A stretch of 18,965 nt of DNA from Terriglobia bacterium. Its GTDB lineage: Bacteria > Acidobacteriota > Terriglobia > UBA7540. The stretch covers positions 1 to 18,965 of the forward strand of contig JBHGBD010000048.1 of the NCBI GenBank assembly GCA_041946825.1. The letters are read 5' to 3'. The position numbers and the translations under genes were made by a program. Shown here piece after piece: positions 8,499 through 15,728 of this stretch (positions within the stretch are counted from its first letter, which is position 1; each line of letters opens with the position of its first letter). Under the pieces are notes generated by a model that saw nothing but the letters and a program-made list of their open reading frames with translations, was not told where the DNA came from and did not search any database.

Positions 8499-9371
8499 TT
8501 ATGAGAGCCGATGGGCGACTACCGTCATTACGGCGTCCCGCAGTTCAGTGCCCGGCATCAACCGCTGGCTCCACCGCGCGTACCACGTGAAGTAGTAGTT
8601 CATGCAGTCGGGGCTGTACTCCGGAATCAGCCCGTCAGGTCGGGTGGAACGAATGATATCCTTTGGATCTTTGCCAACGGGGATCTGCCAAAGCTCCGGC
8701 GCCTCGTGCCGCATGTCCCACCACCGCGCTCCGTACGGCCCCCAGCGGAGTTCATTAATGAGCTGCTCTCTATAACCATCAGATAGGTCCAAGGATTCGA
8801 TCCATTCCATCGTCGCCGCCACCAGTACGTCGATATATCTCGTGCGCTCTTGCTGGTCTGACTCCAAGCGTTCTTGGTGCTCGCGAACCCTTCTGGCGCC
8901 GCCTATTTTGAGCGCCTGCCGGCAACTGAGCCTTCCCTGCTGAATCAGCAGCTTCTCATCCTTGGTCAGCTCATTCAGCCGCAGGTATTGGCGGACGAGA
9001 CCCTCGGAACAGCCAAGCGCCTTCGCCAACGCTCGTCGCGAATGGCCGGCCTCGGTGAGCAGCGCCAGGCGCAGGCTACGTTCGGATGCTGAAAGGTGGG
9101 CCCATTCGACCCGAAGTTGCTCGATTTCGGCTTCATCCCCGATATCCAGAGGGCGCAGATCATCGCTGACCGTTCGGCCGATTGCCGCACCTGGTGCAGC
9201 GTTCCCCGCAGGCGCGCCAGAGGGCTCGTTCGCCATTTCGCGATGCGCTTGGCAATTAACACCAGACCCAGCGCTACTTCCCGGCGGAGGAGTGGTGGAC
9301 TCCCCCCGCTCGGGCATATCGCACGAACTGGCGCCAGCGTAGGCTGCGCTCGGCGAAGGCCGCCTGCCCAT
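8499..9371 (-). CDS. ParB/KorB-like helix-turn-helix DNA-binding protein with a C-terminal domain of unknown function
   Basis: The ORF 8499..9533 opens with TTG. The first ATGs are at 9371 and 9236 and neither has an SD, so the start is uncertain. The HTH segment HSRRALAKALGCSEGLVRQYLRLNELTKDEKLLIQQGRLS resembles the ParB/Spo0J pattern (LAxxLGxSxxxVxxxLRLLxLxxEVxxLIxxGxLS). The first 50-100 residues are low-complexity (S/P/G-rich). The stop overlaps the next downstream frame as TAATG. Confidence 0.5.
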   Translation of the reverse strand: MGRRPSPSAAYAGASSCDMPERGESTTPPPGSSAGSGVNCQAHREMANEPSGAPAGNAAPGAAIGRTVSDDLRPLDIGDEAEIEQLRVEWAHLSASERSLRLALLTEAGHSRRALAKALGCSEGLVRQYLRLNELTKDEKLLIQQGRLSCRQALKIGGARRVREHQERLESDQQERTRYIDVLVAATMEWIESLDLSDGYREQLINELRWGPYGARWWDMRHEAPELWQIPVGKDPKDIIRSTRPDGLIPEYSPDCMNYYFTWYARWSQRLMPGTELRDAVMTVVAHRLS

Positions 9372-9627
9372 GGACGCGGACGAAGGCTCGCTTGGCACGC
9401 TTACGGATTCGTTCGAGCTTGCGAAGGAGCCGCCCCGCTGCTGCCCCGTGATTGAGTAGCCAGCTTCGAATATGCCGGTGGCGAACGAGCTTGGTCGTGA
9501 CGCGCACCGCCAAGATACAGGCTGCCAGATCAAAGGCGCTCATACTTAGGCGGTGAAGAGGACCTTCCTTGGAGGAAAGACGAGCATGAAGGTCAACCAC
9601 GAAACCGGTGCTCGCGGAAGGCTGCCC

Positions 9628-9676
9628 CGAATTCGTAAACCGTAGGTCGGGGGTTCGATTCCCTTCGCCGGCTCCA
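9628..9676 (+). tRNA. tRNA-like 3' partial, Thr(CGU)-like. It has the anticodon loop TTCGTAA, a variable loop, the T-arm GGGGG-TTCGATT-CCCTT, the acceptor 3' strand CGCCGGC, discriminator T and CCA, but no canonical 5' half. It is a probable att-site remnant or tRNA pseudogene
   Basis: By coincidence the coordinate 96NN equals the standard tRNA position NN. T54-T55-C56-G57-A58 sit at 9654-9658, G53 and C61 are present, and CCA is at 9674-9676. The 5' acceptor strand (9601-9607, gaaaccg) pairs at only 3 of 7 positions, and the D and anticodon stems are broken. The intact part is the roughly 45-nt segment that tyrosine integrases typically duplicate. Confidence 0.4.
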
Positions 9677-9798
9677 ACCTTTCATCTCGACTTTCTAATC
9701 CAAAGGCTCGTGCGCGGGGTTCCCGGCTTTGAGGATTCGCCCTCAACCCTGGGGAGGACACCGGGCATCCGATTTGACTTGGGATTTCCGCGGAAACC

Positions 9799-10077
9799 TC
9801 AGGGTGCGGGCGTGGTAGCTGTAGGCGAGACGGAGCCTTCCTGGGGTTCCTTGAGCTCCCGGTCGTAGGCCTTGCGCGATCGCGGATTACTCAGGACTCT
9901 GTAAGCCTCGGTGATTTCTCGGAAGCGGTTTCCTTCAACCCCAGGGGTCACGTCGGGATGATATTTCTTGACCAACTCCCGAAAACGTTGGCGAATTGCT
10001 GTTCCGGTAGCATTGGCTGGGACACCGAGGAGTTCGTAATGCGTGTACTTCGGCGTTGCCGCCCTGCGCTCCACCAA
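9799..10077 (-). CDS. Small stand-alone J-domain (DnaJ-like, HPD motif) protein, about 92 aa
   Basis: KYTHYELLGVPANATGTAIRQRFRELVKKYHPDVTPGVEGNRFREITEAYRVLSNPRSRKAYDRE is a canonical J domain. The ORF stays open up to 10323. However a strong SD, GGAGGAA (complement at 10084-10090), sits 6 nt before the TTG at 10077 and 9 nt before the GTG at 10074. The stretch upstream of these uses many rare A/T-ending codons. I therefore prefer the short form. GC3 is lower than in the neighbouring genes. Confidence 0.55.
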   Translation of the reverse strand: MVERRAATPKYTHYELLGVPANATGTAIRQRFRELVKKYHPDVTPGVEGNRFREITEAYRVLSNPRSRKAYDRELKEPQEGSVSPTATTPAP

Positions 10078-10083
10078 GAACTG

Positions 10084-10090
10084 TTCCTCC
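10084..10090 (-). promoter_or_regulatory. Shine-Dalgarno GGAGGAA for the J-domain gene
   Basis: The plus strand reads ttcctcc, and TTG/GTG follows on the minus strand. Confidence 0.45.
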
Positions 10091-10512
10091 CCACCGTGAC
10101 CTCTATCCGCGAATGCCCGAAGCCAGGCAGCCGACACGGCATGGCACAAACTTGCCCAAGCCGTATGGCTATGTCGAAAGTTAGTGGGTATATGCAAAAA
10201 AGTCAAGGAAAGAGACGACATGGACTGCGAAGTCCCAACTGCAAATCCTGAGTCGACAGCGCTCTTAAGCAGCCTTGAGTTTAACACTCGATACACATCT
10301 TTCCCTACCCCCAGATCTTTCATCGAGACCTTTCTTGGCCCTCGGAATTTATCGCTCGCGCCTGCAATTCAAGCCTCAGTGCAATTAGCGGATCGACCTC
10401 GGTCGCCCGGCGGTGAACTTGGTCCCCGACCCAAATGGTGTGCTCGGCGTCAGATCCGGCCTCCCTCGTGCTACCCCTTGCGCTTCCCTGCCCGATGCGG
10501 TTTGATAGGGGC

Positions 10513-11688
10513 ATGAAAATCACATGGACTTCCGCGCTACTCCTTGTCCCGTTAGTCACCCAGTTTGATTTAATCTCTGCCGGGCAACTGTCCGCCAAGC
10601 CGCCGGCCAAGGGGAAATATCTCGTCTACATTGGAACCTACACCGGCCAATACAGCAAAGGGATATACGCCTACGAGTTCGAATCGCGTAATGGCCAACT
10701 GAAGCGGCTCGGGTTAGTGGGGGAGACGCCGAACCCTTCCTATCTGGCCATCCACCCCAGCCAACCGTTTCTGTACGCCGTGAACGAAGTGGACAACTAC
10801 GAAGGCAAGAAAGCCGGCTCGATCACTGCATTCGCTTTCGATGCCAGGTCGGGGAAGCTCACCTTGCTCAATGCAAAATCGACACGCGACGCGGATCCAT
10901 GTTATGTGACGGTCGACAAAACCGGGAGATACGCCCTGGTCGCGAATTACGGCGGCGGCAACGTGGCGGCGATTCCGATCGGCAAGGACGGCCGCCTGGG
11001 CGAGGCGTCTGCATTCATCCAGCACACCGGCCACGGCACCAACCCGGAGCGCCAGGAAGGCCCGCACGCACATTCCATCAACCTCTCGCCCGATAACCGT
11101 TTCGCGGTCGCGGCGGACCTCGGACTGGACGAGTTGCTCGTTTACCGCTTCGACCCGACGAACGGCTCCCTTATACCCAATGATCCTCCCTTCGCCAAAG
11201 TCCAACCGGGCGCCGGGCCGCGTCATTTCGATTTTCATCCTCGCGGCAAATTCGCCTACGCCATCTGCGAGATGGGATCCATTATCACCGCGTTTGCCTA
11301 CGACGCGGCGGCCGGAACATTGCAGGAATTGCAGACGATTTCGACCCTACCCAAAGACTACGCGGGCAGCAACGACGATGCCGACATTCATGTGCACCCT
11401 TCCGGCAGGTTTCTCTACGGGTCCAATCGAGGCCACGACAGCATCGCGGTGTTCGCGATCGATCCCGACAAAGGCACGCTGACGCTTGTCGAGCATGTCT
11501 CGACACAGGGCAAAACCCCGCGCAATTTCGGGATCGATCCTTCAGGAAGTTACCTATTCGCTGCCAACCAGGATTCTGACAACATCGTCGTCTTTCACAT
11601 CGATTCCAAAAGCGGGCGCCTGACCCCAACCGGCCAGACAATCGAAGTCCCTTCGCCGGTATGCGTGAAGTTCGCGGCGGCGGAATAG
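10513..11688 (+). CDS. Secreted lactonase-family 7-bladed beta-propeller protein (6-phosphogluconolactonase / 3-carboxymuconate cyclase-like)
   Basis: The ATG at 10513 starts a signal peptide, MKITWTSALLLVPLVTQFDLISA. The sequence repeats the YxxxxxG..P..xxxHPSGRFLY(xN) blade motifs, for example LAIHPSQPFLYAVNE, VDKTGRYALVANY, LSPDNRFAVAADLG, FHPRGKFAYAICE, VHPSGRFLYGSNRG and IDPSGSYLFAANQ. Confidence 0.8.
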   Translation: MKITWTSALLLVPLVTQFDLISAGQLSAKPPAKGKYLVYIGTYTGQYSKGIYAYEFESRNGQLKRLGLVGETPNPSYLAIHPSQPFLYAVNEVDNYEGKKAGSITAFAFDARSGKLTLLNAKSTRDADPCYVTVDKTGRYALVANYGGGNVAAIPIGKDGRLGEASAFIQHTGHGTNPERQEGPHAHSINLSPDNRFAVAADLGLDELLVYRFDPTNGSLIPNDPPFAKVQPGAGPRHFDFHPRGKFAYAICEMGSIITAFAYDAAAGTLQELQTISTLPKDYAGSNDDADIHVHPSGRFLYGSNRGHDSIAVFAIDPDKGTLTLVEHVSTQGKTPRNFGIDPSGSYLFAANQDSDNIVVFHIDSKSGRLTPTGQTIEVPSPVCVKFAAAE

Positions 11689-12125
11689 CGGAATACTTGG
11701 GTTGTCGGTTGTGAGTTCTTAGCTGAGGCTGTTTGACACAGGTTTTCAGCTCGCGATTCGCAACCCTCACCATCGGCGGCTGGCCCCCACGAGCGGTTCG
11801 TGATTCATCCCCCCGCCCTTCGGCGCCCCCGCCATTTGCTTCCGGTTTCTTGCTTCCCTCTCTCGCCTCAAACTCATCATTCCCATAAGAATTTCCGATT
11901 TCCATCCCCCGGGAAACGGGCGCAGTTGTGCATCCACAAAGTCGTTGGGAGCGCTCAAGGATTTGCCCTTATGGTCATACCATTTCCTCGATGGAGCAGC
12001 CGTGCCAGTGCCAACGTGCAACTGGGGTCTGAGTGCCAGGCGATCGGCATTCGGTTGTTGATGTTTGGGGCTGGTCAAGCGGCAACGAGCAGCGCTGACC
12101 CCGGAGTATCGAATCCGCTCTTTAA

Positions 12126-12137
12126 TCCACTGTTCAC
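12126..12137 (+). promoter_or_regulatory. TCCACTGTTCAC, an exact 12-mer shared with the MgtC upstream region. It is a candidate operator about 82 nt upstream of the esterase ATG
   Basis: The identical 12-mer is at 15231-15242. At both sites a second CCACT or CACTGTCCACT half-copy follows 3 nt downstream. Confidence 0.4.
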
Positions 12138-12218
12138 GATCCACTACAACTTCCCCCTTGCCTCCGACCGGTACTCGCCGTTAACATCCGCGCACTCGAA
12201 GAATACTGAGGAGAGCCC

Positions 12219-13790
12219 ATGCGCATATTATCAACCAGGAATTTCACCTTACTGCTGAGCATGCTGGCGCTCATGGCGCCAAGCACCCTCGCGGAGGTCA
12301 AGCTCCCGGCGTTTTTTAGTGACAACATGGTTTTGCAGAGCAGCGCTAAAGACCTGGTCTGGGGCACGGCTGAGCCGGGCGAACAAGTGACCGTATCGAT
12401 CGCGGGCCAGAAGGCCACGGCGGCCGCCGACAGTCAGGGCCGGTGGAGGGTCGAGATAGGGCCGCTCAAGCCCGGCGGCCCCTTGGAGATGACGATCGCT
12501 GGAAGAAATTCCATCACGATTCACAACATCGCGGTCGGCGAAATCTGGATCTGTTCCGGCCAGTCGAACATGGAAATGGCCGTGGGCAACAGCCCGCGCG
12601 CCTGGGGCGGCGTCATGAACTCCGCGCAGGAAATCGCGGCGGGCAATTTCCCGATGATCCGGCAATTCATGGTCAAGCACGCGGTGGCTGGCCGGCCGCA
12701 ATCCGACGTGCAAGGCCAATGGCTGGTCGCAAGCCCGCAGACTGTGGGCGAGTTTACGGCCGTGGGATACTTCTTCGGCCGCGATCTGCACAAGGCCCTC
12801 GGCGTTCCCATCGGCCTGATTCACACTTCCTGGGGCGGGACACCTGCCGAGGCCTGGACGCGAACTTCCACCCTTTCCGCCGATCCTGACCTGGCCTCGA
12901 TGGTCGCCGACTGGTCGCACAAGATTTCCGAATATCCCAGCCTGCTCAGGAAATTCCGCGAGGATTTCGATCAGTGGGAACCGGCCGCGAGCGCCGCCGA
13001 GAGCGAGGGCAAAATTGCGCCAAGACCCCCGCAATTCCCGGAAGATCCCAGGAGCAACCCGTGGCGCGCCGGCGGGCTCTCGAACGCCATGATTGCGCCG
13101 CTCATTCCCTACCGCATCGCCGGAGCGATCTGGTACCAAGGCGAGTCGAACGCCGACCGCGCCTATCAGTACCGCAAGCTTTTCCCCGCCATGATTCAGG
13201 ACTGGCGACAAGCCTGGGACGAAGGCGATTTTCCTTTCCTCTTCGTGCAACTCGCGAATTTCGTGCAGGACGACGGGCCCCCGACTTCCTGGGCGGAATT
13301 GCGCGAGGCGCAGTCCATGGCGTGGTCGCTGCCCAATACTGGCATGGCGACGGCTGTCGACATCGGCAATCCCTACGACATCCATCCCAAAAACAAGCAG
13401 GAAGTGGGCCGCCGCCTGGCGCTGGCCGCGGAAGCCATCGCCTATGGCAGGAAGGTCGTCTATGCCGGACCCATCTATGGATCAATGAAAGTGGAGGGCA
13501 GCGCCATTCGCGTGACCTTCAAGCACGTGTCCGGCGGGCTGGTCGCTAAGGGCGGCACCACAGCGCTCAAAAGTTTCGAAATTGCCGGCGAAGACCGCAA
13601 GTTCGCTCCGGCCGAAGCGACAATCTCGGGCAGGGATGTAGTCGTACGAAGCGCGCAAGTTCCCCGCCCGGTCGCCGTCCGTTACGCGTGGGCAGATGAT
13701 CCCGAGTGCAGCCTGTATGGCAAGAGTGGCTTGCCGGCGTATCCGTTCCGCACCGATAATTGGCCGGGAGTGACGGAGGGAAAGAAGTAG
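12219..13790 (+). CDS. Secreted SASA-domain carbohydrate esterase (sialate 9-O-acetylesterase family, SGNH-like)
   Basis: The SD GAGGAGA at 12208-12214 precedes the ATG at 12219. The signal peptide is MRILSTRNFTLLLSMLALMAPSTLA|E. The hallmark GQSNM motif appears in GEIWICSGQSNMEMAV, a later WYQGESN block follows, and the length of about 520 aa is typical of SASA-domain esterases. Confidence 0.8.
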   Translation: MRILSTRNFTLLLSMLALMAPSTLAEVKLPAFFSDNMVLQSSAKDLVWGTAEPGEQVTVSIAGQKATAAADSQGRWRVEIGPLKPGGPLEMTIAGRNSITIHNIAVGEIWICSGQSNMEMAVGNSPRAWGGVMNSAQEIAAGNFPMIRQFMVKHAVAGRPQSDVQGQWLVASPQTVGEFTAVGYFFGRDLHKALGVPIGLIHTSWGGTPAEAWTRTSTLSADPDLASMVADWSHKISEYPSLLRKFREDFDQWEPAASAAESEGKIAPRPPQFPEDPRSNPWRAGGLSNAMIAPLIPYRIAGAIWYQGESNADRAYQYRKLFPAMIQDWRQAWDEGDFPFLFVQLANFVQDDGPPTSWAELREAQSMAWSLPNTGMATAVDIGNPYDIHPKNKQEVGRRLALAAEAIAYGRKVVYAGPIYGSMKVEGSAIRVTFKHVSGGLVAKGGTTALKSFEIAGEDRKFAPAEATISGRDVVVRSAQVPRPVAVRYAWADDPECSLYGKSGLPAYPFRTDNWPGVTEGKK

Positions 13791-13791
13791 T

Positions 13792-13808
13792 CAGTCGTCA
13801 GTTGCCAG
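13792..13808. repeat. CAGTCGTCAGTTGCCAG. This is one copy of the recurrent CTGGCAAC-TGACRACTG element family (minus-strand sense), in the 3' region between the convergent esterase and MgtC genes
   Basis: Read directly. It shares GTCAGTTGCCAG with 15168-15179 and 15734-15752. Confidence 0.6.
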
Positions 13809-13843
13809 TACGCGCGGGCAAATTTGCGGTTTCGTGGATTTCC

Positions 13844-13868
13844 CCGTCTACCGTATGCCGTCTACCGT
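13844..13868. repeat. Tandem CCGTCTACCGT x2 (plus a degenerate third copy, GCCGTTTACCGG) in the convergent intergenic region
   Basis: ccccgtctaccgtatgccgtctaccgtctcc. Confidence 0.5.
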
Positions 13869-13882
13869 CTCCTGCTTGCCGT

Positions 13883-15142
13883 TTACCGGCTCGCCGCCAC
13901 CAGACAAGACGCAAGGGTCACGATGAATAGCGCGAGGAAAATCGGCGCGATCACCGGGCGTAGCGGCTTGCCGCCGATCACGACGGCGATGCCGCCCTTG
14001 ACCAGCGTATTCATCGCGCAGGCGAGTAGGATGGAAGCGTTGGCGGTCGAGGGCACGAGGACATTCTCGCGTGCCAGGCGCGCCATGGAGACGGTGATAG
14101 CATCCACGTCGGTCAAGCCGGCAAGCGCGCTGGCGATATAAACACCTGCCGAGCCAAAATAATGGTGCGCCGCGGTGGCCACAAAGAGCACGACGGCGAA
14201 CAGCAAGGCGAACTTCAAGGCTTGGCCGAGGTCCATCGGGTTCTTTACTTTCAATTGCGCCTCACCCTCGGCAGCTTTGCTTCTCCATAGATAGACCGCA
14301 ACTCCCACGCCCACCAGCGCGGGCATGCCAATCAACCACACCAGAGCCTGGGCGAGCGATGGGTAAATCACGAGTGCCAGGAACCAGACGCGAAAATACA
14401 TGATGGTCGAGGCGATCACGAGCCCAAGCGCAAAGTAGCGAGCCATGGCCGCCTCGGCTTCGCGTGCCTTCTCCGACAGGCCAAAGGTCACCGCCGTGCT
14501 CGAAGCGAGCCCACCCAGAAATCCGGTTACAGCGATTCCCTGCCGCGCCCCCATGAAGCGCATCAGGACGTAACCCAGCATGCTGACGGCGGAGATAAGG
14601 ACCACCATCCACCAAACCAGACGCGGGTTGAGTACCTCAAACGGCCCAAAGGCGCGGTCGGGCAGAAGCGGCAACACGATGACCGTTACGATCGCGAACT
14701 TCAGGATGGCGTACATCTCCTCTTCCTGGATCTTCTCCGCCAGTTGGTGCAGCGGAGCTTTCATGGAGAGGAGGAGCGTCGTAACGACGGCAAAGATGGC
14801 GGCCGGGATCAAATAGTCGAACGCCGCGAGCGCTCCCAACACAAACGTGAGGATGGCGACGAGCTCCGTCGTCGCACCCTTGTGTTGGCCTTGCGCGGTG
14901 ACGTAATACGCGGCGACGGCCACCGCCGCGACGCCGGCCAGCGCCACCGGCAGGACCCACGGGACTCCGGCGCGCGCCATCAGCGCCGAAAGGAATCCGG
15001 TCAAGGCAACGACGGGAAAAGTGCGGAAGCCCGCGAAAAGCGGCTCATCCTCTTTCTGCGAGTGCTGCCGCTCGAGGCCAATCAGCAGGCCCATCAGCAG
15101 CACCATGGCGCCATTCTGGGCGATTTGCAGGATGCTGGGCAT
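13883..15142 (-). CDS. MgtC/SapB-family membrane protein with a C-terminal DUF4010-type polytopic domain
   Basis: The N-terminus MPSILQIAQNGAMVLLMGLLIGLERQ carries the MgtC signature (LIGLER). About 10 further hydrophobic segments follow. It is the last gene of the minus-strand flotillin operon. Confidence 0.75.
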   Translation of the reverse strand: MPSILQIAQNGAMVLLMGLLIGLERQHSQKEDEPLFAGFRTFPVVALTGFLSALMARAGVPWVLPVALAGVAAVAVAAYYVTAQGQHKGATTELVAILTFVLGALAAFDYLIPAAIFAVVTTLLLSMKAPLHQLAEKIQEEEMYAILKFAIVTVIVLPLLPDRAFGPFEVLNPRLVWWMVVLISAVSMLGYVLMRFMGARQGIAVTGFLGGLASSTAVTFGLSEKAREAEAAMARYFALGLVIASTIMYFRVWFLALVIYPSLAQALVWLIGMPALVGVGVAVYLWRSKAAEGEAQLKVKNPMDLGQALKFALLFAVVLFVATAAHHYFGSAGVYIASALAGLTDVDAITVSMARLARENVLVPSTANASILLACAMNTLVKGGIAVVIGGKPLRPVIAPIFLALFIVTLASCLVAASR

Positions 15143-15150
15143 GGAAGGGC

Positions 15151-15179
15151 GGTTGTCAATAGGCAGTTGTCAGTTGCCA
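15151..15179. repeat. GTTGTCA-ataggca-GTTGTCA-GTTGCCA. This is a CTGGCAACTGACAACTG-family element immediately upstream of the MgtC start. On the minus strand it also contains TTGACA
   Basis: Read directly. Confidence 0.6.
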
Positions 15180-15199
15180 GAAACGAATGGTTTCTTCCG

Positions 15200-15225
15200 G
15201 CTTCTTACTTCCAGCTTCTCACTTC
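15200..15225. repeat. Direct repeat CTTCTTACTTCC-ag-CTTCTCACTTCC in the MgtC leader / CA 3' region
   Basis: Read directly. Confidence 0.5.
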
Positions 15226-15230
15226 CTTCT

Positions 15231-15256
15231 GTCCACTGTTCACTATTCACTGTCCA
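15231..15256. promoter_or_regulatory. TCCACTGTTCAC-tat-TCACTGTCCACT. It holds the 12-mer shared with the esterase upstream region, duplicated, about 90-115 nt upstream of the MgtC start
   Basis: It is an exact 12-mer match to 12126-12137. At the esterase site the motif is on the same strand as the gene, whereas at the MgtC site it is on the opposite strand. Confidence 0.4.
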
Positions 15257-15262
15257 CTCTGC

Positions 15263-15721
15263 TCACACCGGCTCAACAATGACCCGGTCCGACGAATCCC
15301 AACCGGCGTAGTAGAGATCCACGCGCATATCGGGAAATTCTTTGTTCAATACCGTTCTCGCGCGGTGCAGATCCTCCTCTTGGCGGCGCCTCGGGTCCGA
15401 TGTCGTGTGTAAATGCAGCGGCAACTCTTTGTACCAGCCGCAATCCTGGTGCGCAATCAAGATCAGGCGCTTCAACTCGTGGGCATCAACGAGAAAGCGA
15501 AACCACTTCATCCCCGCCCAGGAGAACTTGGGCAGGTATTCGACCAACGTCAGGCATTGCGGCCCGCCGGGGAGCACGAGCAAGTCGTAGTTGCTGCGGA
15601 GATTCAGACCTTGGTTCAAGAAGTCCTGCAGCCCGGCCACGAAGCGGTGGTCGCTGCAATGGACGACCAGCACGTCCGTGTGGGCGTGCTCGACTTTCGA
15701 AGAGGAAGTATATGCAGGCAT
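15263..15721 (-). CDS. Small beta-class carbonic-anhydrase-like protein (152 aa) with CxDxR and HxxCG zinc-ligand motifs
   Basis: VVHCSDHRF matches C-x-D-x-R and IAHQDCGWY matches H-x-x-C-G, with spacing compatible with short Cab-type beta-CAs. It sits in the operon between the flotillin and MgtC genes. Confidence 0.5.
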   Translation of the reverse strand: MPAYTSSSKVEHAHTDVLVVHCSDHRFVAGLQDFLNQGLNLRSNYDLLVLPGGPQCLTLVEYLPKFSWAGMKWFRFLVDAHELKRLILIAHQDCGWYKELPLHLHTTSDPRRRQEEDLHRARTVLNKEFPDMRVDLYYAGWDSSDRVIVEPV

Positions 15722-15728
15722 GGATGTT

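Noticed and set aside
8011-8499. 162-aa minus ORF as a real gene
   Set aside because: Despite the TAATG overlap, its composition (Arg/Trp/Cys-rich, rare AGG/AGA codons) and the absence of any domain argue against it. It is kept only as a low-interest finding.
9426-9676. tmRNA (ssrA) hypothesis: a 3' end resembling a tmRNA T-arm/acceptor (..CGGCTCCA) and a matching GGAGCCG 250 nt upstream
   Set aside because: The candidate would be only about 250 nt, well short of a tmRNA (several hundred nt). There is no GGATTCGAC-type D-loop analogue and no tag-peptide reading frame. The T-arm and the acceptor strand would have a 3-nt gap. The 7-mer match is compatible with chance in GC-rich DNA.
9601-9676. 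Full-length canonical tRNA on the plus strand
   Set aside because: With standard numbering the acceptor stem pairs at only 3 of 7 positions, and the D and anticodon stems are not base-paired. Only the 3' 45 nt are tRNA-like.
10078-10323. Long (174-aa) form of the J-domain protein
   Set aside because: A strong GGAGGAA SD is correctly spaced before the internal TTG/GTG. The upstream 83 codons use many rare A/T-ending codons and encode no recognisable domain.
11285-11905. 206-aa minus-strand ORF
   Set aside because: It overlaps the lactonase gene antisense and is Arg/Cys-rich low-complexity.
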